From NCBI RefSeq assembly GCF_006345805.1, contig NC_043003.1:12710001-12774000 (forward strand): 64,000 nucleotides of DNA, given 5' to 3'. Shown here in pieces: positions 37,493-50,753 of the stretch. Position numbers and translations under genes: made by a program. The stretch is from Octopus sinensis. Its lineage: Eukaryota. Position 1 is the stretch's first letter. Every line of letters starts with the position of its first letter. The notes beneath the pieces were generated by a model, which saw nothing but the letters and a program-made list of their open reading frames with translations, searched no databases and was not told where the DNA came from.

Positions 37493-37541
37493 GCCAATAT
37501 TATATTCTCGTTATTTCTAAAATGAAAGTTAAAAAATTTAC

Positions 37542-37706
37542 CTTTCCAATCAAAAAGTTCTACTTCAAACACGAGAGTAGCATCTGGTCCAATTTTGTCA
37601 AGAAAACCTCTTTTTCCATAAGCATAGTCAGATTTGCAGGTGAAACGAGAAAGTTCACCTTTCTTCATTGTAGCTACACCAATATCCCATGCTTTGATGA
37701 CCTTCT
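37542..37706 (-). CDS. FKBP4: FKBP4/5-like exon (FK1 C-terminal half)
   Basis: ttaaag/gtaaat; [31 protein letters not shown]...[13 protein letters not shown]. Confidence 0.95.
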
Positions 37707-37924
37707 CTTTAAAAATAGAAGAAAAACATAAAAATAAGCATAGAATAATAAAAGAGTTGACTTGTATTCAACATACCTTACAAGAAGGGATATTTCAAAA
37801 GTGTTATTCACTCTCTGCAAACACCGAGTATACAAAAATGTTACACAGGGACAGTTTAGTAGTGCAAGCACAACTAGACTCTTCATATGACTTGTAGGCA
37901 GGTTTTATAACCTAGGTATACTAA

Positions 37925-38317
37925 TCTCTATATATAAAACTAAAGTTGTCTGTGAATGGCAGGTTTGGTAGCCTTCAACTAACCCTATCTCCTTCGAGAC
38001 CCTGCGGCACAAGTTGACCAAAATTGAGAGTATCATAGAAGAAGGCTTGCTCTTCCTTCCGTAGAAGAAAAAATTCAAATCGGACAATGTTAACACCAAA
38101 AATTATTTACATCAAAAAGGTGCATTTTTTTTTCTATGAAAATCCCTATTTTTTACGATTTTTTTACTGCTGTGTCACCATTTTTCGGTGTATTTCAACC
38201 AGAAAAATGTTCACTTAAAGAGAATAACAAGCTACATAATGCAAATTTTTTACTTTTCAAAAATTCCAATTCTAAAGGGTCGAAACAAACCCGAGCAACG
38301 CCAGGTGATACTGCTAG
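37925..38317 (+). mobile_element. Non-autonomous Helitron
   Basis: A|TCTCTATATATAAA 5' end; degenerate 3' hairpin CCCGAGCAACGCCAGG followed by CTAG|T; no TSD. Confidence 0.8.
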
Positions 38318-40829
38318 TTAGTGATATGGCTGGATTGTTGTAGTGAAATATCCTGGAGGATATGCCCAGTATGGAGGACTCACAAGATAAAAATTATCAG
38401 CTCCATAGTCATATTTTACAAATACAAGAAAGACACCTCATAGTTTGTATGTAGTGAAGTGATGAAGTTCATTGTTAGAAATGGTCTTCTCTTTCACATC
38501 ATTATCATCACTGTTTAACGTTTTTCATGCTGACATGGTTTGGTTTGGACAGTTTGACAGGAGCTGGTCAGTCAGGGGGCTGTTCAGACTCCAACTGTCT
38601 GTTGTGGCATGGTTTCTACCGTACATCGTGGTATGACAACTGATACTCTGCAAGGAGGAGCTGGGGAATCCAACTGTCTGATTAAAATAGAGCATCGTGT
38701 GACTGGCTGAACCTCACAGAAGCAATGTGATTTCTGCTCAGTGCTCTGAATGTCTGAGCAATATTTTAGTATTTATTCATTACTTTGTCAGCAACAGAAA
38801 CATTTTGTGAATACAACTGAAATAAAAAAACATGTTTAGGTTGAAGTTTAGAGAGCTGCTGGTGTGTCGGCAAACTTCCCATGTAAAAGGAAAACTAGGT
38901 GCTACTTTGGCGTGTGATCTACAAGGGAGATTACTTTAGGTGACTTTTTAGTTTACTTATCAATTTCTAAAAAAAACCATAAGATATTGGCGAAAGATTT
39001 TTACAATGTGATCAGCAACAAGACAAAGACATTTGCATTTTTACAATGTGTCAGTGCCACTTTCCATGTGATCTATGCAATCAAATTTACTATCCGCTTA
39101 TTTTAATTATTCTATGGTTTTCTTATAATCAAAAGAGTAACAATTTTGAAAAAATACATTAACAAAGCTAAGTATGTACAAAATAATTTTAAAAGTAACC
39201 TAAAGTAATCTCCGCAAACTGTATGTAAATAGAGGGATTCTATACAAACATTGAACATGTATGGCCTGTGGAGTCTTAAGAGAAACAAGTTGCATCTGAT
39301 TCCCTGAATGGGTTACATTAGCTTCTATAAAAGGTAGAGTGATGTCTGCAAGAGAGATAGCACTGGTACTGATGTGATGCAAATAGATGATCAATACCAG
39401 ACAGAAGAGTGCTGTTTAATGGCAATAAATGGAAGGTGCCTGGTGAGATTAGATCATAAAATTGTTTATGTCTCCTAAAAGACTTGAAGGCAAATGAAAA
39501 TAAAATGCTTAGCATCCAACACATACCAACATGGAAATAATGAACAAGGCAAAGTTTTAAACAATGGGTTAAATTGGCAAGGAAGTCATTCAAATGAAAA
39601 ATATATTAAAATATATACACACTATCATAAAATATCAATGTGTGTGTGTGTGTGTATATATACACATCTAAATCTGTATATGACTGCAAGTATGTGTGTG
39701 AATGCACAAGTTCTATAGATGCCATCAAAAAGCACTGCAGCAGTTAATCAGTATATTTAATTCCATTTAAACTGTTTGCCTCTTTAGTATTCTTTTTCCT
39801 GAAGTTCTTTCTGGTACATTACAGCTAAGCTATTGTGCAATTTACTATATTCACAAATATCCAACAGAAATCTTTCTTCAGATCAAAACCAATTTATTTT
39901 TGAAATATTAATATACAGAATGTCATTCGTGTATGTTGAAACAAAATAGTTTCAGTAGAGTTGTTATTTTTCAGTTTGTCAACAAATTATCTGCTTACTT
40001 TGCGCCTTCAAAGACATGTGAATTTAGAGATCCCTTGGTAAGGGTCAGCTACAAGAAGAGCACCAGGTTGTGAAACAATCCCTCAATATTCATTTAACCC
40101 TTTCTAGCACGGAAAAATGAACGTAAACTTAATGTAAAACAGACTTACTAATAATAGCAGTTTGTAGTAAAGAAAAAAAAAATGTTGCTTCCAAATAGTT
40201 GAAGTCAAGTCCAGACACTTCTAATCACTCCATAATAAATTAATAAAAATACTCCAAGCCTTTAGGATCAAAGCCCACCCAAAATTTAGTTGATTAATGG
40301 CATTTAAAGTTCTGTTCTAAATGTAAGTCTCAAAGTTATAGACAAGGGATGAATCTGTGTCACTGCAGAGGATGGCCAACAAATCAAACTGTATCAACAA
40401 TCTTGAACTAAGAAAACTTACAATGGCACACCCTGTCACAAGCCAACATAACAGCAACAAAATATGTAATTCATAACTGAGTGAAAATTAATAGAAATGC
40501 AATAAAAAAATTATAATTACGAACTAGATAAGCTACATTTTTTTCACTGGTGTCAGTCACTGAAGCATCACCCAAGAACTTTATTTCTCGGAAGATAAAT
40601 GTAGACATTGGTGCAAGGGGAGATAATTCAAGCCGACAAATATTGCAAAACTTTCTTGTTGGACTTATTTTTATACATGCTGATATAAACATATGCACGT
40701 GTATCCGTATGCCCATGTGTGTGTTTCAATCAATGGCTACAACCATGTTGAGGCACTGCCTTCAAGAGGTTTAACTCCATCCTATCAACCTCAGCACTTG
40801 TGTGTGTGGGTGTGTAATTTTATCGACAC

Positions 40830-41470
40830 AGTATATTAGGATCAGCTGGGCACCGTCTGTGAGAAAAATAACATCATGACACAATTCACTGAGCCAAAAA
40901 TTTGGAAACGACATGCTGTACTGCTTGGCATTCGCGCCAGAAGCTCCAATACAAGCATTTCAGAGTTTTGGGATGTCAATCTGAGGACATGTATTGAGAG
41001 AGATAAAAATCAAACAGCCAGTCAACATCTTGGGTGTTTGGAGTGATCACTAGTGATGGCGACGTTATGCCTCCATTCAAGTTCCCTCACAGCCTAAGAC
41101 TCAACACAGAGGCCTACATCAAGTGCCAGGAGGAAATAGTGCTGCCCTGAGTCAATAGGGTGGCTGCTGGAAGACCCTATGTCTGACAACAGGACTCTGC
41201 ACCATGCTACACAAGCAGGAGAACCCATTCATGGCTGTCAAGACAACCTCTGCAACCACTTCACTCCTAACATCTGGCCACCCAACTCCCCAGACTTCAA
41301 CTCTTTTGATTGTGTGGGGCACAGTTGAGTGAGCAACCAACAAAACTCTTTGTAATACCAAAGATGAACTGGAGGCAAGGACTATGGCAGCATTCACCAA
41401 CTTAAACAAAACCGTCCAGGCGAGTTGCAGGAGATTCTGAAGTCGTCTGGAGGCCATGGTTGAAGCCATT
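40830..41470 (+). mobile_element. Decayed Tc1/mariner-superfamily transposase (maT/DD37D-like)
   Basis: VFGVITSDGDVMPPF...PYV*QQDSAPCYTS...IWPPNSPDFN with stops and frameshifts. Confidence 0.8.
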
Positions 41471-42477
41471 TTTACTCTTTGGTCAATGGTATTTCAGAGT
41501 CAGTAACTTAACCACCACCGTACCCAGGCTATTTTTATAAGTCCCTAACCTCAAGTACCATTACCACCTCTCCACTCATGGATATATCAGAAAGAAAAGC
41601 TGAATTAATATGTTCACAGTATTCATAGAGCTGCAGGAAATGCTAGATATTGGTTAAGAATAATTATACATATCGGCCTTAGGGCCATTCCTCAAGATTT
41701 TCATTATGTTTACTCCCTTAGCCTTTTCTCACACAAAACAGGAGTTTATCATAATGAGCATAGTTTGTGTTCTCCTGTCGTTCAAACTTGTACTGGTCTG
41801 GTGCAAAAAGTGCCAAGAGCTTAGTAGTAACCAAGATGCAGGATTTGTACAGAGTTACCTCCTCTTACATGAGCAACTAAGTTAAAGACCTCATCTGCCC
41901 TAGGTACGTTAGGGTGCCTGTGAATGACCTCCTTCCAGAAGCAATTCTTTGACAGGCTGACTAACCCGTAGCCGGGACCTTGACAGGTGCTACCACTCTA
42001 GATCTGAGTAGACTTGGGAACAATAGGGACTAAGGGGCGATTCCATACTCCTCAAAACTCGCACTCCCAAACCAGGGCTTCACTACCAGTTGCAGTTATG
42101 AGTCATACCCAGCCCATCTTGTTACCAACCCTCACCTGTTTCCAGGCAAAGTAACATTTCTCATGGTCAGACATGTTTCCCATGGAAGACTAGAAACAAA
42201 CAACATCGTTTGTATGACAGTGATGCTCGTTTACACACACAAACAGGCTTCTTTCAGTTTATGTCTACTAAATCCATTCACAAAGATTTTGTCAACCCGA
42301 GATAATAGTAAAAAACACTTTGCCCAAGGTGCCACACAATGGGACTGAACCTGAGATCATGTGTTTGAGAAGCCTCTTGAACCCCCCAGCCACAATGCAC
42401 CTATCATGAATAGATTTACATCATTATATTCATCAACCAAATGGGAAATATGTGTGTACATGCTCTTATGCACTTAC

Positions 42478-42691
42478 CTTCTCCAAGAGCAAAAGAGAAT
42501 TTCTCTCCACGGGACCGACTGGAATCAAATTCAGATCCGTCCAGTAGGGTTCCAACATAGTGTACAATAACAGTATCACCATTGGTGGGTTGTTCCTCAG
42601 AGGTAGCTGGCCGTAAAATCTCTTTAATGACACCACCATCCTGTTTTGGTGTGATATCAATACCAGCGACTGTAGTCTCCTCTTGAGTCAT
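42478..42691 (-). CDS. FKBP4: FKBP4/5-like first coding exon (FK1 N-terminal half; exon extends to acceptor at 42740)
   Basis: GCCAAGATG start; MTQEETTVAGIDITPKQDGGVIKEI...GDTVIVHYVGTLLDGSEFDSSRSRGEKFSFALGE; donor gtaagt. Confidence 0.95.
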
Positions 42692-43052
42692 CTTGGCACA
42701 GAACTGCAGCAAATGGATTTGCTTCGATTCCTGTAGGCGTCTGTGGAGAGAGGGAAAATAAAATGCAAAAAAGGAACTTAGCAAGGTTTTTTATAGAAGG
42801 ATACAAGTTAAATTTCATAAACCTATTATAAAAAAATAAATCATATAGATAATGGGAAACTGTAATAGAGTTAAATTAACTAATTTCTCAGTAGTAATCA
42901 TTTTATTTTTAAAGTGACAGAATAAACAGACCTGTGTGTGTGTGTGTGTGTGTGTGTAAATATATAATCCTTAAAATAATATTTATCATTCATTGGATGG
43001 AAACTATTTTTGTTGATTCCACCAATAACAGAACAATAAACTGTATGTATAG

Positions 43053-43091
<39 letters not shown>

Positions 43092-44544
43092 TATATATAC
43101 AGTGTATTGCTGTTATTGGTGGAATCAACAAAAATAGTATTCCATATATGTGTGTGTGTGTGTATGTATACATACACATTTTACAAATACTTTTCTATAC
43201 TAGCAGGGTTGCATAGGGGGTTATTTCTGGCAGCTCTCCTTGGTGCCAACTCATATCTGTTTTTCAATGAAGGGATTTCTGTTTCCAGGGGTTCTCAAAA
43301 GTACAGAACAACCAGTTATAAGGTCACCAAAGTATGACATTACCTCCACTTTACACAAGCAGTGACAAGCTTGGAAATCAAAAGTCTTGTACAGACACAG
43401 ACACACAGCAGTAGAAACCTATTGCCAATGTAAGAAATGATTTTCTTTATTTCCTGCTGTGAAACCAAACTTCCTCAGTGTTAGTAAAGTTTCAGCACTA
43501 TTTGCCATTATCACCATGGTTCAGCTTAAACCAGCAAATTCCTCATTTCAACTGACAAGACTCCCTTGATTATTCAGCAGCCAAAGCCTAACTTTCCAAT
43601 GAACTATTTCATTTATAAGCTAATTAAATCTCAAGACTATACAGATTGAATTTTCCCCAACTTTTCCACTTGATTCAATGATTGTCTGGAAATCTAATAA
43701 GCCGTTGACATTCTATGCAGATTTTAGTACACAAAGCTTATGCTAATCAAGAACTATTAATTTCCTTTATTCAACAGATGTCACATCAATTTCCATTGTT
43801 TTGGGATGCCAGCCACAAAGCAGTTTACAAGTGAATAACATGTAGCATTGTAATAACATTTGTGAACACTGCCTTATTGCACCACAGTACAGTTGGATAA
43901 AAGTGAGAATTTTGGATGTGGCTTACCCTACCCCACGTAATTTTGTTTCGTGATGCCAAGGGCTACAAATGAGCAACATCATCATTGTCACATATACTTT
44001 TCTGTGCTCGAATGGTTCAGGTAGAATTTGTCAAGGCAGACATTCTATGGATGGAAGCCTCCTGTTACCAGCCGTCACCGGTTTCCAAATAAGGTAATAT
44101 TTCCCCACGACCAGACCCGTTTTCTCAGAAGACTGGAAATAACAAACACTGCTTGCAAGACGCTGACACAGCTTTATAACCATCACACAATGTCAAAGCA
44201 AGGAGACAGCAACACATACATACAACAGGCTTCTTCCAGTTTCCATCCACCAAACCCACTAACAAGACTTTGGTTAGCTCAAGGCTTACAGCAGACATTT
44301 GCCCATGGTGATATGCAGTGGGATTGAACCTGGAACCATGTTGGGAAGCAAACTTCTTACCTCAGACATGCCTGCACCCATTATGGCAAACACTTTTTCT
44401 GAGCTCATTAACAGAGACCAATTAGTGTGATATGAGTTTTATAACTCTTATTTGCTAAACCTGATCATTGCAACATAATTACACACATACATAAGCGCAG
44501 GAGTGGCAGTGTGGTAAGTAGCTTGCTTAACAACCACATGAGAG

Positions 44545-44780
44545 CATATATCCCTGAAGTGAAGAAGTGGCTGAAAGAACAGTCAACAGAATTTTACAGG
44601 GCAAGGATATATGCTCTCATTCGTAGGTGGAACATTTTTATTAAGAGAAATGGGGACTATGTTGAGAAGTAGGGATGGGATTCACAGAGGACCAGCTTCA
44701 TTTTGATGTATGATACATGTTCCTGTGTTGGTAATTATACCTGTCCTAAACTAAATGGCATTACTTTTTGTCTCACCCTC

Positions 44781-44783
<3 letters not shown>
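44545..44783 (+). mobile_element. Mariner 3' fragment (irritans-like) with TIR
   Basis: EVKKWLKEQSTEFYRARIYALIRRWNIFIKRNGDYVEK-stop; terminus ATTACTTTTTGTCTCACCCTCA|TA. Confidence 0.75.
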
Positions 44784-44824
<41 letters not shown>

Positions 44825-44934
44825 CAGTGTGTCTGGTTACACATATTTAATAAAGAAAGTATATGCATCGTGCTGTTTCACTTCTATTATAATGAAAGTA
44901 ATACAATTAGTGAAGGTGCTAATATTTTATTCCA

Positions 44935-45340
44935 CCAAGGCGGCGAGCTGACGGAAACGTTGGCATGCCAGGTGAAATGCTTAGCTGTATTTCGTCTGTC
45001 TTTACATTCTGAGTTCAAATTCTGCTGAGGTCAACTTTGCCTTTCATCCTTTCGGGGTCGATAAATTAAGTACCAGTTATGCACTGGGGTCGATCTAATC
45101 GACTTAATCCGTTTGCCTGTCCTTGTTTGTCCTCTCTGTGTTTAGCCCCTTGTGGGTAATAAAGAAATAGGTATTTTGTCTGCCTTTACATTCTGAGGTC
45201 AAATTCTGCCAAGGTCAACTTGCCTTTCATCCTTTCAGGGTCGATAAAATTAAGTACTAGTTGCCTACTGAGGGCAATCTAATCAACTGGTCCTGCTCCC
45301 CAAAAATTTTGGGCCTTGTGTTTAGAGTAGAAAAGACTAT
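44935..45340 (+). mobile_element. SINE family C dimer
   Basis: Head GGCGGCGAGCTG and two copies of the shared module. Confidence 0.8.
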
Positions 45341-45630
45341 TCTATTCCACCCTGCCACTTTATTACAATCAAATTGCAACCCGAGTGATATGTTCTCTTT
45401 CTCCCTCTCTGAAAACTGTCAAGTGTTCAAAGAATTGTTTTCCTCAAAAAAATTCTTTAAAACGTCATCCAGTTATTTTTCTGTCAACTGGTTTTTTTGG
45501 GGAGAAGTGGGCAGCAATTCTGAATGCTTTCTTCACAAATGGCAATATCAAACAAGTCAGCACATAACATGATTATGTGGTTTATACAAGCAAAATGCAG
45601 TTACAACCAAAGGCAAGTGTTTGTGTGTAT

Positions 45631-46471
45631 CATCATCATCATCGTTTAACGTCCGTTCTCCGCGCTAGCACGGGTTGGACGGTTCTACCGGGGATCTGGC
45701 AAGCCAAAAGGCTGCACCAGGCTCTGGTCTTATCTGGCAATGTTTCTACAGCTGGATGCCCTTCCTAACGCCAACCACTCCGTGAGTGTAGTGGGTGCTT
45801 TTTACGTGCCACCTGCACTGGTGCCAGGCGAGGCTGGCATCGGCCACGGTCGGATTGGTGCATTTTACGTGCCACCTGCACGGAAGCCAGTCGAGGCGGC
45901 ACTGGCTTTGGCCACAATTCGGATGGTGCTTTTTACATGCCACCGACACGGAAGCCAGTCGAGGCGGCGCTGGCTTCGGCCACAATTCGGATAGTGCTTT
46001 TTACATGCCACCTGCACGGAAGCCAGTCGAGGCAGCACTGGCTTCGGCCACAATTCGGATAGTGCTTTTTACATGCCACCTGCACGGAAGCCAGTCGAGG
46101 CAGCACTGGCTTCGGCCACGAATCGGATGGTGCTTTTTACGTGCCACCTGCACGGAAGCCAGTCGAGGTGGCACTGGCATCGGCCACAATTCGGATAGTG
46201 CTTTTTACATGCCACCTGCACGGAAGCCAGTCGAGGCAGCACTGGCTTCGGCCACGAATCGGATGGTGCTTTTTACGTGCCACCTGCACGGAAGCCAGTC
46301 GAGGCGGCACTGGCTTCGGCCACGATTCGGATGGTGCTTTTTACGTGCCACCGACACGGAAGCCAGTCAAGGCGGCGCTGGCATCGGCCACGATTCGGAT
46401 AGTGCTTTTTACGTATCTCCAGTCCAGGCATCTGCCGGGTGCCAGTCATAGGATTGGTTCAATTTCGATTC
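45631..46471 (-). mobile_element. Retroposon family D with internal 68-bp VNTR and 44-bp flanking direct repeat
   Basis: (CAT)n tail at 45631; about nine 68-bp units at 45794-46412; identical 44-mer at 45587-45630 and 46472-46515. Confidence 0.9.
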
Positions 46472-46659
46472 CAAGCAAAATGCAGTTACAACCAAAGGCA
46501 AGTGTTTGTGTGTATGTGTGTGTGCATAGGGAGAGGACATGTCACTGCAACAATCTCAATGATATATCTTGCAGTTACTTGGAAATGCTTTAGGAAAATT
46601 CAAATTAATGAAGTCATATTTCAAATAGTGCATTTTTGAATGTTAAGTCCCACTGGATA

Positions 46660-46900
46660 ATATGTATTAGTACTACTGAAACAGTCAATTCAGTGATATG
46701 AATACTGCCTAGAAATTTGATCCACCAAAATTCTCTAAGAAACAGAACTCAGTAATTCCAGCTATGAAATCCAAACTGAGAAAAACAATGTTCAAATGTG
46801 AAAATTGTATGAGCAGAATCCAACCATGTTGGCCACTTACGGATTCCTTTTCAAGTCTACCCCCCCCCTAACAATCCTATTATACCCTAAAAAATAAATT
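46660..46900. repeat. ~240-bp dispersed direct duplicate (partner at 49367-49608)
   Basis: Near-identical blocks starting ATATGTATTAGTACTACTGAAAC. Confidence 0.9.
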
Positions 46901-47899
46901 GTTTGGGAAATTAGATAATTAGAAGCCGTTAACAAAATAAAAAATTTCTAAATGATTTTGCAGCCAATTAAGGCTTATTGGAATTCCAGCAGCAGTGCCT
47001 TGCGTGGGTTTCTCTTTTTCCTTTGTTCTTTCACTTGTTTCAGGCAACTGACTGTGGCCATGCTGGAGCACTGCCTTTTAGTTGAAGAAATCAATCCCTG
47101 GACCTATTCTTTAAGTCTGGTGCTTATTCTATCAGTCTCTTTTGCCGAACCATTAAGTTGCAGGGATGTAAACCCACCAACATCGGTTGTCAGGCAATGG
47201 TGGTGGGGACAGACACATAAATATATACTATATATTGGCCCAATGCTATAGAAGACACTTTGCCCAAAGTGCCATACAATGGGACTGAACCTGGAACCAT
47301 GTGGTTGGGAAGTAAGCTTCTTACCATACAGCCACACTTGTATATTTGGAGTATTAATTATATTTTCACTTTTAATGAAGCTGAAACTGATGCTTTCAAA
47401 TGCAAACAATATATAAAAAGAAAAAACCACAGCTGTAAATCTCTTAACTCTAATTAATTTCTGATTTAAAACAATATTTTTAATACTTTGTAAACTTAGG
47501 CACTTATTTTTAAGCCTGTATATATTTTTTAATCCTCCTTTAACATGCTTTTTTTAAATCACTTCTCAGTCACTTTTTCCACCATTTCCTCTTGTCCCTC
47601 CAAAAACTTTTCACAAACCCATTGTGAAGTCTCTACCTGCTGTCTGTTTTCCACATGCATACACTCTTCGTCTGATCATTTTGGGTTTTTTCTTGCTTCT
47701 TCCCTCCTGTTAAGTTTCACAAAGCTGCAGAGATCCTCATATATTCAAATATTTCAACAGTACCTGACACAACAACTGTTGGAAACAAATCCTTTCTCCT
47801 TCATGATTAGATCTTTGCTCTGAAGGTCTAAAATTCTTCACCTTAGCCTCAGTTTCTGCCTTCATCGGTGCCTGTGCTGCAAAAGGCTACAGTCTTCCC

Positions 47900-48545
47900 C
47901 ATCTGTATCATCTTCAAGCGAATACCTTCAGCCACTAGGTTGTGGTCTGAGCTAATAGCCGACTCACAAAAGGCACAGACCTGCACCTGTTGTGGGTCAG
48001 AGAAAGACCATCACCTCAAACTATTGTAGATGTAGTTGATCTTGTTCCTCATGCTGCAACACACAGTTTTGTGGATACACTCACAAGCAAAGAATATGTT
48101 AATGCACAATGAACCTGCAGCAAGCTACTAAGGACCCGTAACCTCCCATGGTTGTTGCTTGTGCTAAAACATAATGTCCCACCACAGAAAATGGCCCAAG
48201 TCTGTTACTATTCAGTTAAGCACCAAAGTCACCAGTTACCAGCTTGACCTCATATCATAGCATGCTGTCCAAAACATTCTGTAGGTGATTACAGAAAGCC
48301 TCCTTATCTCCTATTGCGACCTTTATCGGAGTGCAGGCCTGCACAACCGGTTAACTTGGCATGTCTGGTGTTGAACCATCCTTCACTGACCTTCCAGATG
48401 ATCAGTGTTCTTGATGCATGCCTACACAAGCTAATACCAACCCCTTGGGTATGTTCTTCCAGGCTAGAATAAAGGACTGTCTTACCTCTACTGATCATAT
48501 ACCCCTAGCCTATCCAATATGTCTCACTGACATTCTAGATAACTA
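47900..48545 (-). mobile_element. Decayed RTE-like LINE fragment (APE endonuclease region)
   Basis: ORF 48304..48498 GKTVLYSSLEEHTQGVGISL resembles the RTE endonuclease LYSG....H..GVG motif. Confidence 0.55.
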
Positions 48546-50688
48546 TGCAGTAGGTATCCACCTCACGCATTTCAGTCATCCACTTTGTTTTCAGTACTAA
48601 AGATCTGACTTTGTTCAGAGACAAACATCCTCCTGGCTCTGGCCCAACTCCAGTACACATGTATCAACTGTACTTATCTCACTACTTTCTTAATGAATGG
48701 CTGAATCAATATTTTTGCAGCAATTTGAATACAGAAGCCTTGAACTCCATTCCTCCTCCTTTCAAGATGATCCTGGGAGAATGGCTACGCCTGATACACT
48801 ACCAGAATTCTGAGATAAGGACCATTCCAAATATTTTAGGCTGGAGCCATGTGAGGAAAGGTCTTCACACCCTGCATTAAGGAGTCATACATTCCAGTAG
48901 TCACTCGTGGTCAACTACAACATCAAAAAAGGCTTGACAACATGCAAAAAAACACGTATCGGGGCCATAAGCAAACAAACACGGGATTCCAAGAAGGGGG
49001 AAGGGGAACTAACACACACACACGACTGAATTCCATAACTTCCGTCAAAAAAATTCACTCTGGAGGTATTGGTCAGTATGGGACTATAGTAAAGACACTT
49101 GCCCAAGGTGCCACACAGCGAGGCTGAACCTAGAAACATTCGAAAACTATTTTCAATAAACGTTACTAAACAACGGAAATTTCTAGGCGACAAGTTTCAC
49201 TTCAAACTTCCAAAGTAAAAATACTTGAAGCTTGCAGATCTATTCCCCCGAATCGATACTTGCAAACTATAGAAGAACTATAAGGACAAAGTGACAGCAA
49301 CTAAACGGTCAATCTGAGCACCTTATAAACAATGCAAGGGAATCACTTTGGTTTTTAGTCCAACTGATATGTATTAGTACTACTGAAACGGTCAGTTCAG
49401 TGATATGAATACTGCCTAGAAATTTGATCCACCAAAATTCTCTAAGAAACAGAACTCAGTAATTCCAGCTATGAAATCCAAACTGAGAACAACAATGTTC
49501 AAATGTGAAAATTGTATGAGCAGAATTCAACCATGTTGGCCACTTACGGATTCTTTTTCAAATCTACCCCCCCCCTTAACATTTCTAGTATACCTTAAAA
49601 AATAAATTCACTTATGACTTTTGATTTTACCAAATGCTTATTTTGAATATTTGAGGAACACTTAGCTGCTTCTTTGTGGCAGGTCGAGTGACACAGAGGT
49701 TCCCTCGCTCACTTACCCAAGCCAGTGTTATCTCCCTTGAAGCAATATCTTCAGCTTTCAAGATCAATTCAACATCGAAATCGAAGAGACGAGCTCGCAT
49801 TAATTTCTGATGCATGGGATGAAATGAGCTGGCCGATGATGGTCTTGAATAAATGCCCAAAACAATTATAAATTTAATATAGAATTTCAATCATTATAAA
49901 TTCACACACGCAACGATATCGCACGTATATTGGTCTTTTTTTATTTTGCGACGGTATTATATGTCAAACATACTGCAGCAAAATTAAATTTGAGGGAATT
50001 TGACACCAATGTGAGAAAAACTATCACTGAAACTGAATAGTCTGTGCATATTTTAAATGACTATCATAACTTTTCTACGATGTTAGCTGATTGGTTCACC
50101 AGACAATTTTAAAATCACTTGCCAAGCAAGTACCACTGCGCAAACGTGTGTCTATGTGGGTGTGTCGATTTACCCACATGTAACCTCTTAAAAAAACTAA
50201 CACAATTTGGGACAATTGACTTTCAAATGAACACTGAATTATCTAGAAGAATGCTGACCGAATTGTCTAGAAGAAAAAAATAAAGCAAGTAACGATCGTT
50301 TTGCGAACTTAGAATGGAAAGGTAGCCAAAAAAACAATATCAACAATGCCTGTGTGTCAGAATATCAATCTGCCGCATTGCTAAGTGATGTCAAAGATAA
50401 AGTGCAACATTTTGATTAAAGAAAGATTGTTTAGAAGAAAGAGGAAAAAGAAAGAGTTGTGGTAACTGAAGGAAGGAGAGGAGAGGAGAGGGTTGTTAAA
50501 AACGAAATGAAGAGTTGATGGAATACAGACAATAAGAATTAAGAGGGGTACGAGTGTATGAATAGAGTATGAGTGATAGAGAGAGAGAAAGCAGTACACT
50601 TATGTCGAGATAATTAGATTAAATAAACAAAACACATTAAGCCAAGTTACATAAATAACATGATTAAAAAGGGATGGGAGTACATGAT

Positions 50689-50753
<65 letters not shown>

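Noticed and set aside
42692-42784. N-terminal extension of FKBP4 in the ORF track
   Set aside because: The ORF crosses a pyrimidine tract and acceptor at 42741; the first ATG is at 42691
45794-46412. 218-aa repetitive ORF or CRISPR-like array
   Set aside because: 68-bp unit is not a multiple of 3, has no spacers, and lies inside a TSD-flanked retroposon
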